In this document: piece by piece, positions 1 through 8,875 of the stretch
How positions within the stretch are numbered: the first letter of the stretch is position 1
How the letters are laid out: each line of letters opens with the position of its first letter
Assembly (NCBI GenBank): GCA_043778225.1
Contig: JAYWGM010000077.1
Span: 1 to 17,589, forward strand
DNA from: Deinococcales bacterium
Lineage (GTDB): Bacteria > Deinococcota > Deinococci > Deinococcales > JAAFIG01
Direction of reading: 5' to 3'
DNA: 17,589 nt
Made by a program: the position numbers and the translations under genes
The notes under the pieces: model-generated
Seen by the model: the letters and a program-made list of their open reading frames with translations, nothing else
Told to the model about the DNA's origin: nothing
The model's database searches: none

Positions 1-127
1 CTAAGCGACGGAAACGTTTGAAGGCGTTATTACATGATGATTACTTGCTATCGTTACTTGGTTTATCAGGCAAGGCATAGTTGGTGCGTTTGCCCTATCA
101 TGGCAGCCTTTACAGGTTTGGTGCTGA

Positions 128-1270
<1,143 letters not shown>

Positions 1271-1287
1271 TTAGTCTCAGTTCTCAC

Positions 1288-1394
1288 AGGGCAGGCACAA
1301 GACCTGCCCCTACACAAAACAATTTTATATAGGGGCGACCCTCTCTTGACCATCTACACGCACCTCACGGTCATGGTCGCTCGTGGTCGCCCTT
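1288..1394. repeat. Inverted pair of GTAG-type REP-like hairpins; the second carries a 38-bp loop insert (1343-1380)
   Basis: AGGGCAGG-CACAAGA-CCTGCCCCTAC (1288-1313), then ATAGGGGCGACC...GGTCGCCC (1329-1392); the spacer is itself an imperfect inverted repeat. Confidence 0.8.
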
Positions 1395-1412
1395 TTACTA
1401 CGAGGAGTACCC

Positions 1413-2576
1413 GTGAAAACCCTGAATTCCCTAGATATTGCTGGAAAACGTATTTTGGTGCGCGTGGATTACAACGTGCCAGTCGAAGACGGCGTGGTTT
1501 CTGATGATACCCGAATCACCGCCAGTCTCGAGACAATCAACTGGCTACTCGAGCGTGGGGCAAGCGTAATTTTAATGTCGCATTTTGGCAGACCCAAAGG
1601 TGTAGACGAAAAATACCGACTTGCACCAGTGCATCCAGTTCTCGAGAAAGTGCTGGGTAAGTCTGTACAGTACATTCGGTCAAATCCTGCCAGTCCCGAA
1701 ACGGCGACGGCGCTTGAAAATCTAAAAGCTGGACAAGTGGCTTTACTCGAGAATGTGCGTTTTGAAAGCGGCGAGGAAAAAAACGATCCAGTCCTCAATG
1801 CAGCCTTAGCAAAACTCGGCGATGCCTTTGTCTTGGATGCCTTTGGCAGCGCTCATCGGGCGCACTCGAGTGTTTCGGGCGTGGCGGGTTTATTGCCACA
1901 CGCGGCGGGGCTGTTGCTCGAGAAAGAAATGGTGCAACTGACCAAACTACTCGAGCATCCAGTCTCACCATATGTGGTGATTATTGGTGGCGCAAAAGTT
2001 TCGGATAAGTTAAAAGTGATCGAGAATCTATTGCCCAAAGTAGACAAAATGCTGATTGGTGGCGGCATGGCGTACACTTTTGTCAAAGCCACAGGCGGTA
2101 GCATTGGCAAGTCTATTCATGAAGACGATTTTTTAGAGACCGCCAAGCGTTTACTCGAGCAATTTGGTTCTAAAATTGTCTTGCCGACCGATACCTTGGC
2201 TGGCGATAAATTTGCTGCCGATGCAGCCACACAGGTTTTTGCCACCAATGCGATTCCCGACAATTGGGAAGGCATGGACATTGGACCTGAAAGCCAAAAG
2301 GCATTTACAGCTGCCCTCGAGAATGCCAAAACGGTGTTCTGGAATGGACCAATGGGTGTTTTTGAATTTCCAGCTTTTGCCAGTGGCACAAATGCAGTGG
2401 CGGAGGCTTTGGCTAAAATCCAAGATGCCTTTACCGTGGTTGGCGGCGGCGATAGCGTTGCGGCAATCAATGAAACTGGCTATGCCGACAAAATAGACCA
2501 TATTTCGACAGGTGGCGGTGCAAGCCTCGAGTTGCTCGAGGGTAAAACCTTGCCAGGCGTGGCAGCGCTTAGGTAG
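1413..2576 (+). CDS. pgk: Phosphoglycerate kinase
   Basis: [49 protein letters not shown] and [17 protein letters not shown] start after RBS GAGGAG at 1402-1407. Confidence 0.98.
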   Translation: MKTLNSLDIAGKRILVRVDYNVPVEDGVVSDDTRITASLETINWLLERGASVILMSHFGRPKGVDEKYRLAPVHPVLEKVLGKSVQYIRSNPASPETATALENLKAGQVALLENVRFESGEEKNDPVLNAALAKLGDAFVLDAFGSAHRAHSSVSGVAGLLPHAAGLLLEKEMVQLTKLLEHPVSPYVVIIGGAKVSDKLKVIENLLPKVDKMLIGGGMAYTFVKATGGSIGKSIHEDDFLETAKRLLEQFGSKIVLPTDTLAGDKFAADAATQVFATNAIPDNWEGMDIGPESQKAFTAALENAKTVFWNGPMGVFEFPAFASGTNAVAEALAKIQDAFTVVGGGDSVAAINETGYADKIDHISTGGGASLELLEGKTLPGVAALR

Positions 2577-2594
2577 CTCGAGAAAATAACCAAT

Positions 2595-2635
2595 AAACCG
2601 AGGCGAAGTTTGGGTATCGTCTCGGTTTTTGTTTT
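2595..2635 (+). terminator. Probable intrinsic terminator of gap-pgk
   Basis: Stem AAACCGAGGCGA / TCGTCTCGGTTT with one G-U pair and a 10-nt loop, followed by TTGTTTT. Confidence 0.7.
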
Positions 2636-2663
2636 ACAATATAAAAGTCTCGAGGAGGTTTGT

Positions 2664-3719
2664 ATGCGAAAATTTTGGATTGGTGCTTTGAGTTTAGCCG
2701 CATTGCTGGCTGGCAGTATGGGCATGAATCGTGGCGAAGCTCAGAAAAAAACCTTGAATTTCTTTAATTGGTCAGAATACGTTGACCCAAAAGTCGTCAA
2801 GGATTTTGAGAAAAAAATGGGGGTCAAAGTCAACCAGAGTTTCTATGAATCCAACGAAGATATGTTGGCAAAACTCAAACAGGGCGGCACAAAACAATAC
2901 GATTTGGTCGTGCCAAGTGGTTATATCATTGGTACGATGACCAAACAGAATTTATTGCGTCCACTCGATAAAAAACTCCTTCCCAACCTCAAGAATCTCG
3001 GTCCAAAATTTCGCACCCCAGACTTTGATACCAAAGGCGAATTTACAGTTGCCTATTTTTGGGGGACAACCGGCGTGGGCTACCGCAAAGATAAGTTGCC
3101 GAAAAACTTTGACCCAAGTTGGGCATTGTTTTTTGACCCAAAAAAAGTCCCCGGTCCGTTTCAATTCCTTGATGATGCCCGCCCGACGATTGGCGCTGCC
3201 TTAAAGTACCTTGGAAAATCGTACAACAGCACCAGTGCCACCGAATTAAAAGCTGCCCTCGAGCTTTTAAGAACTGCCAAAGCCAAATCGGTCGGGTTTG
3301 GCGGTAGCCCAGATGCCAAGCAAAAACTCTTGAGCGGTCAGGTCGTGATGGCAATCATGTACAACTCCGAAGCGGTGCGTGCCGCCGAAGAAGACCCGAA
3401 CATTGGCTATTTTATTCCCAAAGAAGGCGCAGAAATTTGGCTCGATAGCCTAGCGATTCCCAAAGATGCTCCTAATTGGCAACTGGCGCATCAATTTATT
3501 AACCATCTACTCGAGGCTCAAGTGGCTGCCCAGAATTCCAATATGACTGGCAACAGCAGCCCCGTGGATGCGGCTCGACCCTATATTCAGCGTAAAACAT
3601 TGGGTAATCCCGCTATTTATCCCAACAGTGCCACCCTTGCCACGCTCGAGTACAGCAAAGACATGGGTATCAATCAGCGCTTATACGATGCCGTTTGGAC
3701 ACAACTCAAAGCCCGTTAA
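2664..3719 (+). CDS. Spermidine/putrescine ABC transporter substrate-binding protein (PotD/PotF family)
   Basis: Signal peptide; LNFFNWSEYVDP, YESNEDM, YDLVVPS, YFWGTTG and PKEGAEIWLD; RBS GAGGAGG at 2652-2658. Confidence 0.9.
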   Translation: MRKFWIGALSLAALLAGSMGMNRGEAQKKTLNFFNWSEYVDPKVVKDFEKKMGVKVNQSFYESNEDMLAKLKQGGTKQYDLVVPSGYIIGTMTKQNLLRPLDKKLLPNLKNLGPKFRTPDFDTKGEFTVAYFWGTTGVGYRKDKLPKNFDPSWALFFDPKKVPGPFQFLDDARPTIGAALKYLGKSYNSTSATELKAALELLRTAKAKSVGFGGSPDAKQKLLSGQVVMAIMYNSEAVRAAEEDPNIGYFIPKEGAEIWLDSLAIPKDAPNWQLAHQFINHLLEAQVAAQNSNMTGNSSPVDAARPYIQRKTLGNPAIYPNSATLATLEYSKDMGINQRLYDAVWTQLKAR

Positions 3720-4426
3720 AGTAAAGCTCCCAATCCCTTGACTGCACCACTCGAGATTCGCACATCAGCATACTTCGAGAGCGGCGTAACTTCTGGATTG
3801 ACCTCGATTAAAAACGCCCCATTTTGTTTGGCAATTCGCCCAAGGCTGGCGGCTGGTTCGACCACACTGCTTGTGCCAATAACCAGAGCAACGTCACAGG
3901 TTGCAAAAGCGTTTGTGGCTGCCTCGAGAATCTGCGCGGGCAGCATTTCGCCAAACCACACCACGTTAGGGCGCATTCTCGAGCCGCACTTTTGGCAAGT
4001 TGGCGGCGGAGTAAAACTTGGCTCAAGTGCTTGGATATTTTTACAGGATTCACACCGAGCCGTGACGATATTGCCGTGCAACTCGAGAACGTTTTGGCTA
4101 CCGCTTCGTTGGTGCAAACGGTCTACGTTTTGTGTGACCAAGGTCAGATTTTGCTGTTGCTCGAGTTTTGCAAGTGCCAGATGGGCTGCGTTTGGTTGGG
4201 CGCTCGAGCAAGTTATAAAACGTTCGGCATACCAATCCCAGACCAGTTTTGCATCCCTCGAGTAGGCTTGGGGCGAAGCTAATTCGTGTGCCGAAAACCG
4301 CGCCCAGTAGCCAGTCTGAGCATCCCGAAAAGTAGGAATACCACTCTCGGCACTGATGCCCGCCCCAGTTAGCACGGCAATAGCTTGAGCAGATTGAATT
4401 TTGGTTTTGGCGGTCTCGAGGTTCAT
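3716..4426 (-). CDS. cobB: NAD-dependent protein deacylase (class III sirtuin)
   Basis: GAGISAESGIPTFR, TQNVDRLH, ELHG, two CxxC Zn pairs, RPNVVWFGE and GTS; YxxR (YAER) as in desuccinylases; leaderless -10 TAGAAT at 4433-4438. Confidence 0.95.
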   Translation of the reverse strand: MNLETAKTKIQSAQAIAVLTGAGISAESGIPTFRDAQTGYWARFSAHELASPQAYSRDAKLVWDWYAERFITCSSAQPNAAHLALAKLEQQQNLTLVTQNVDRLHQRSGSQNVLELHGNIVTARCESCKNIQALEPSFTPPPTCQKCGSRMRPNVVWFGEMLPAQILEAATNAFATCDVALVIGTSSVVEPAASLGRIAKQNGAFLIEVNPEVTPLSKYADVRISSGAVKGLGALL

Positions 4427-4481
4427 GGTTAGATTCTACCAACTTGGAGTAAGGGTGTTAATATGTCAGCATAACAACAAG

Positions 4482-4510
4482 TTGACACTGCCACTCACAT
4501 ACGCTACACT
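4482..4510 (+). promoter_or_regulatory. Sigma70-type promoter for the structured RNA and DUF3800 gene
   Basis: TTGACA (4482-4487), exactly 17 bp, TACACT (4505-4510); predicted start site about 4516-4517, at the 5' end of the RNA stem. Confidence 0.8.
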
Positions 4511-4515
4511 AGCCT

Positions 4516-4579
4516 TGCGGTTGAGAGTTCTGTCCTTCATGGAACGCGGAAACTTAGTTTTCCCTCAACTGCATTTTTT
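4516..4579 (+). ncRNA. Putative structured RNA (three-way junction plus U-tract) upstream of the DUF3800 gene
   Basis: P1 TGCGGTTGAG (4516-4525)/CTCAACTGCA (4564-4573); P2 GTTCTGT (4527-4533)/ATGGAAC (4539-4545); P3 GGAAA (4548-4552)/TTTCC (4559-4563); T6 at 4574-4579. Confidence 0.7.
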
Positions 4580-4583
4580 GTTT

Positions 4584-5279
4584 ATGCACTTACTCTATAT
4601 TGATGAATCCGGACACGCAGATGATGCAACCCAGAGGTTTTTTGTCATGATAGGTGTCTCGTTTTTTGAAAAACAGACTTTCTGGGTTGCCAATGAACTT
4701 GATAACATTGCAGCAAGATTCGATCCAGCCGATCCTTTTTCAATTGAACTCCATGGCTCACCAATGAAACAAGGAAAAGGTATTTGGAAAAGCATTTCTG
4801 GAAATGCCCGTGCAGAGGCTTTCAAAGATGCACTTACAATTCTTACAAAAAGTCACAAAAGCAATCGTTTATTTGGTATCGCCATCGAAAAAGCTGCAAT
4901 TTATCCTCAAGACCCCGTTCAATATGCCTTTGAGCAACTTCTAAGTCGGTTTGACCATTATTTAATGAGGCTTCATAAACAAGGCGACTCACAGCGAGGC
5001 ATTGTCATTCTCGATAAAACATCACATGAACGAACTTTGCAAAATTTGGCTACTGCATTTCGTACCGTTGGACATTCCTGGGGGGTATTGCGAAATCTTT
5101 CTGAAGTCCCACTATTTTTAGATTCAAAAGCATCTCGTTTAATTCAATTAGCAGATTTAGTTGCTTATGCTACGTTTCGCTATTTTGAAAAAAATGATTC
5201 CGAGCTTTTTAATCTAATTGAGCCTCGTTTTGACCGAGACGCAGGTACGGTTCATGGTTTACATATTAGGACACTATAA
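4584..5279 (+). CDS. DUF3800-family protein (predicted RNase H-like acidic catalytic residues)
   Basis: N-terminal LLYIDESG, ELHG, IVILDK and C-terminal FLDSKASRLIQLADLVAY are typical of DUF3800; visibly AT-rich and without CTCGAG. Confidence 0.85.
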   Translation: MHLLYIDESGHADDATQRFFVMIGVSFFEKQTFWVANELDNIAARFDPADPFSIELHGSPMKQGKGIWKSISGNARAEAFKDALTILTKSHKSNRLFGIAIEKAAIYPQDPVQYAFEQLLSRFDHYLMRLHKQGDSQRGIVILDKTSHERTLQNLATAFRTVGHSWGVLRNLSEVPLFLDSKASRLIQLADLVAYATFRYFEKNDSELFNLIEPRFDRDAGTVHGLHIRTL

Positions 5280-5282
5280 ATT

Positions 5283-6398
5283 ATGAAAAAAGTTGTTGTT
5301 GCCTTTGGAACTCGCCCTGAAGCCACAAAAATGGCACCGGTTATTTTTGGTTTACGCCAACAAGCAGAAATTGAAACAATTATCTTGTCTACTGGTCAAC
5401 ACAAAGAACAATTATTGGATGGCTTACGGATTTTTGGCATCACTCCAGACATTGACTTGGCAGTCATGACCGAGCGCCAAACCTTGGCTACTTTAATGGG
5501 TAAAATTGTGCCATTGGCTGCCGAGCAGTTGCGCCAACTCAAAGCAGACTATGTGCTGGTTCACGGCGATACCCTAACCAGTTTTGCGGTTTGCTTGGCG
5601 GCTTTTTTTGAACGCATTCCAGTCGGTCATGTTGAGGCGGGTCTGCGTAGCCACAACATGGCAGAACCATTTCCCGAAGAAGCCAACCGCCGTTTGACCG
5701 ATGTCCTGACCGATTTGGATTTAGCCCCAACCCGAGGCGCAGCCGAAAATATCCAGCGCGAAGGGAAAATCAGCCCAAATATCGTGGTCACAGGTCAGAC
5801 GGAGGTAGACGCAGTGCTGTACGCCAGTTCTCGAGGGAGGCTGCCCAATATCCCAACCGATAAACGAATTGTTGCCATGACGATGCACCGCCGTGAGAAT
5901 TTACCATTTATGGCAGACTTAGCCAGCGCCATGGCTCGAGTTGCCAATGCCCACCCAGAATGCCATTTTGTCTATCCTGTGCATTTGAATCCTGCCGTGC
6001 GTGAAGCAGTTTACCCAAGTTTAGAGCCACTGAAAAATTTTAGTCTGCTCGAGCCTCTGGATTTTGGCAGCATGGCAGCCCTGATGAAAGCCTCGAGCCT
6101 GATTGTGACCGATAGCGGCGGTTTGCAAGAAGGCGGCGCGACCCTTGGCGTGCCAGTCGTGGTGCTTAGGAACGTGACCGAGCGCCCCGAAGGTTTAGCC
6201 GTCAATGCCTTAAAACTGGCTGGCACAGACCCCGAGAATGTTTTTAAGACCATTCACAGCCTGCTCTCGAGCGATGAAGAACTGGCTAAGATGCAAAACC
6301 GCCCGAATCCATACGGCGATGGTCACGCGGGGATTCGTTGCGCTCAAGCCGTGGCATGGCGCTTGGGTTTGGCACAGCGCCCTCAAAACTGGCAGTAG
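5283..6398 (+). CDS. wecB: UDP-N-acetylglucosamine 2-epimerase (non-hydrolysing)
   Basis: [50 protein letters not shown] and NPYGDG. Confidence 0.96.
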   Translation: MKKVVVAFGTRPEATKMAPVIFGLRQQAEIETIILSTGQHKEQLLDGLRIFGITPDIDLAVMTERQTLATLMGKIVPLAAEQLRQLKADYVLVHGDTLTSFAVCLAAFFERIPVGHVEAGLRSHNMAEPFPEEANRRLTDVLTDLDLAPTRGAAENIQREGKISPNIVVTGQTEVDAVLYASSRGRLPNIPTDKRIVAMTMHRRENLPFMADLASAMARVANAHPECHFVYPVHLNPAVREAVYPSLEPLKNFSLLEPLDFGSMAALMKASSLIVTDSGGLQEGGATLGVPVVVLRNVTERPEGLAVNALKLAGTDPENVFKTIHSLLSSDEELAKMQNRPNPYGDGHAGIRCAQAVAWRLGLAQRPQNWQ

Positions 6399-6402
6399 CG
6401 AT

Positions 6403-7005
6403 TTAATTCCTGACAAACAGTCCACATTGCAGTGTGGTTTGGACAATGCCTACCAGATGCTCGAGGTAGCCTTGGGTCAAAGGTTCGGGTACGATTGGGG
6501 CTTCAATCAGCAGGCTGGCAAGTCCGTGAATCGTACTCCAAACAATCAGCGCCAAGGCTTGTGGGTCGCCGTTGACGACTAAACCAGAGGCTTGCATTTG
6601 GCGTATCGTTTGGATCAGAATTTCAAAGCTTTGATTGGCGGTTTCGGTCAATTCGTCGGGGCTGCCTTTTGGTTCGCATAGGTTTTTGCGAAACATAAAT
6701 CTAAATTCGGTTTGATGGCTTAGTGCAAATTTGATGTACTCGAGTCCGATACCGTACAGCACGGCTTCTGGCTCGAGATTTTGCTGTTTTTGCATCAGCC
6801 TTTTGAGTTCGTTAAAAGCATCTATGGCAAGCGCCCGCAATAAGGCACGTTTATCGGCGAAGTGATGATACGGCGCGGCATGGCTGACTCCTGCACGGCG
6901 GGCAACTTCGCGCAAGGTGATGCTGTCGATGGTGTTTTCGGCAGCCAGTTCTCGAGCCGCGTTCAGGAGTGCAAGGCGCAGATTGCCGTGGTGATAGCTG
7001 GTCAT
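6403..7005 (-). CDS. TetR/AcrR family transcriptional regulator
   Basis: YHHGNLR start, HTH LREVARRAGVSHAAPYHHF and C-terminal WSTIHG; divergent from the oxidoreductase gene. Confidence 0.93.
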   Translation of the reverse strand: MTSYHHGNLRLALLNAARELAAENTIDSITLREVARRAGVSHAAPYHHFADKRALLRALAIDAFNELKRLMQKQQNLEPEAVLYGIGLEYIKFALSHQTEFRFMFRKNLCEPKGSPDELTETANQSFEILIQTIRQMQASGLVVNGDPQALALIVWSTIHGLASLLIEAPIVPEPLTQGYLEHLVGIVQTTLQCGLFVRN

Positions 7006-7031
7006 GGTCTAAAGGGTAGCGCTTTTTTAAG

Positions 7032-7079
7032 AACTTGACAATAGAAAGATTATGGTTTATCTTTACGTTGTAAAGATAA
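7032..7079 (+). promoter_or_regulatory. Promoter TTGACA-17-TATCTT with two overlapping TetR-type operators
   Basis: TTGACA 7035-7040 and TATCTT 7058-7063; perfect inverted repeat TTATCTTTAC-GTT-GTAAAGATAA at 7057-7079; degenerate copy AACTTGAC-AAT-AGAAAGAT at 7032-7050. Confidence 0.8.
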
Positions 7080-7087
7080 GGAGTCAT

Positions 7088-7696
7088 ATGAACATACTGT
7101 TAATCCTCGGACATCCAAACCAAGCCTCGTTTTGTAACGCCTTACTCGAGCAGTACGCACTTGGCGCAGCGCAAGCCAATGTAAAAATCCTGCGCCTTGG
7201 CAACCTCGCCTTCAATCCAATCAGTCAAGGCTACGCACAACCAATGCCACTCGAGCCAGATTTAGTGCTGGCACAGCAGCAAATCACTTGGGCAGACCAT
7301 TTGGTTTTTGTCTATCCAACTTGGTGGGGCAGCACGCCAGCGTTATTGCAAGGCTTTATCGACCGCACATTTTTGCCCGAATTTGCTTTTAAGTACAAAA
7401 AAGATTCGATTTGGTGGGACAGGCTACTGACTGGCAAAACCGCCAGAATCATCACCACCATGGATGGCACAAGTTGGTGGCATTACCTGATGCACTTTGC
7501 GCCTGGAATCAACAGCTTAAAACGCGCCGTGTTACATTTTTGTGGCGTGGCAAAAGTGCAAACCACAATCATTGAAAGTGTCCGAAGCTCGAGCCTCGAA
7601 AAACGCCAGAAGTGGCTCGAGGAAATGAACAAACTTGGGTCTCGGGATACGAACTCAGTACACCGCCGAACCAACCAAGCCAGCATCGAGACCTAA
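7088..7696 (+). CDS. NAD(P)H-dependent oxidoreductase, flavodoxin-like (MdaB/KefF/NQO family)
   Basis: ILGHP..SF, ADHLVFVYPTWWGSTPALLQGFIDR, LLTGKTA and LHFCG; RBS AAGGAG at 7078-7083. Confidence 0.9.
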   Translation: MNILLILGHPNQASFCNALLEQYALGAAQANVKILRLGNLAFNPISQGYAQPMPLEPDLVLAQQQITWADHLVFVYPTWWGSTPALLQGFIDRTFLPEFAFKYKKDSIWWDRLLTGKTARIITTMDGTSWWHYLMHFAPGINSLKRAVLHFCGVAKVQTTIIESVRSSSLEKRQKWLEEMNKLGSRDTNSVHRRTNQASIET

Positions 7697-7730
7697 CTGA
7701 TTTCTTGCAGTAAGCAGAAAACACTGTACC

Positions 7731-7988
7731 TCACACTACTACCAAAACTTTTAGTTTCAAGACTTCATTAACTTGCTCTTGCTTACGATTCAATTCAAAC
7801 TGAACAACCCAAGTCAGTAACCAAAGTTGAGCCAGTCTAGCTATGGCAATCCAATCAGGATTCTCCTCATTAGCAAAAGGAAAATTAGTCCATAACACCA
7901 GTAAGTACGCAATAAACGCAATCAATAAAAACCTAAGAACGTTTTCAATGATGGTTGGGAAGTCCTGAGTGCCAATCGGTAAGTGCAT
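7731..7988 (-). pseudogene. 85-aa chimeric remnant ORF: AAA-ATPase-like N-terminal peptide fused to a probable transposase C-terminus
   Basis: Leaderless -10 TACAAT at 7995-8000; starts MHLPIGTQDFPTIIEN; the rest (VLRFLLIAFIAYLL..W..PDW..LL.WVV) resembles DDE transposase tails from memory; AT-rich and without CTCGAG. Confidence 0.45.
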
Positions 7989-8046
7989 ACTCGTATTGTA
8001 CGACAACCCAAGGTCAGCCTCATTCAAACCAAGTAGACTTATAGCC

Positions 8047-8748
8047 ATGAAAGCCTTTTTATTGACTGTTTTTTTACTGGTCTCGAGCGCCATTGCCCAG
8101 CGCTTAGAAGAGGCTCAAAAACGCTATGCCAACGGTGATTTTCTCGAGGCAAGTTTGCTGGCACGGCAACTCAGAACTTCTGATGGTTTTGCATTAGCGG
8201 CTCGAGCCTTGTACGAACACGCCATGGAATTGCCACTTTCTAAGCGTGAACCTTTGATGGTGCAGTGCGAAGCCTTTGCTCGAGAATCTTTAGAGCTTAA
8301 TCCAAAAAATGCCGATGCCTATTTTGAACTCGGTGCAAGTGCTGGACAATTTGCTTTGCTGCGTGGCACAGTCTGGGCATTTTTGAATGGTGTGCCGCAG
8401 CAGATTCGCGGCTATTTTGAACGCAGTATCGAACTCGAGCCACGCCATGTTTTTGCGATGATTGCCTTGGCGCGTTGGCACGCCGAAGTGGTCATGGGTG
8501 GTGGCGGTTTTTTATTCAACGCCAGCCCCGAAGAAGCCTTAAAACTACTCAACCGTGCGGTGCGAACTGAACCTAAAAACATCAATGTCCGAGTTAATTT
8601 TGCCCAGACGCTACTGGTCTTAGATAGAGTTGCCAATCGTACTGCCGCCAAAGCCCAACTTGAGCTTGCGATTACCTTAGAACCCCGAGATGCCCTAGAG
8701 CGCAAAGCCCTTGAAGCCGCTAAACGTGGTCTCGAGCAGCTAAAGTAG
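8047..8748 (+). CDS. Secreted tetratricopeptide-repeat-like protein
   Basis: Signal peptide MKAFLLTVFLLVSSAIA; repeated TPR-like ends (SLELNPKNADAYF, SIELEPRH, AVRTEPKN, AITLEPRD); -10 TAGACT at 8034-8039. Confidence 0.8.
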   Translation: MKAFLLTVFLLVSSAIAQRLEEAQKRYANGDFLEASLLARQLRTSDGFALAARALYEHAMELPLSKREPLMVQCEAFARESLELNPKNADAYFELGASAGQFALLRGTVWAFLNGVPQQIRGYFERSIELEPRHVFAMIALARWHAEVVMGGGGFLFNASPEEALKLLNRAVRTEPKNINVRVNFAQTLLVLDRVANRTAAKAQLELAITLEPRDALERKALEAAKRGLEQLK

Positions 8749-8826
8749 AAAAGGTAAAAAGGACAAAAGGTAAAAAATACGCATGGCTTTTACTTTTGCC
8801 CTTTTACCCTTTCGCCTTTTGACCCT
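8749..8826. repeat. Imperfect inverted element made of 8-bp tandem units (AAAAGGTA-like / TTTTACCC-like)
   Basis: AAAAGGTA AAAAGGAC AAAAGGTA ... TTTTGCCC TTTTACCC TTTCGCCT TTTGACCC; related copy at 14847-14925. Confidence 0.7.
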
Positions 8827-8875
8827 AATCTTTTTTTGCACGTCTTTTGTAAGCCTAAGGCGGTAGACTATTTTT

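Noticed and set aside
1343..1380. The 38-bp repeats as a CRISPR array
   Set aside because: The copies are kilobases apart, there are no regular spacers and no cas genes are present
4516..4579. The structured RNA as a tRNA or known riboswitch
   Set aside because: Only two internal arms, no T-loop consensus or CCA end, and no aptamer consensus that I recognise
3716..5279. Sirtuin plus DUF3800 as a Sir2-type anti-phage operon
   Set aside because: The sirtuin is a canonical Zn-binding CobB with host-like CTCGAG density and is divergently transcribed; it does not resemble defence SIR2 domains
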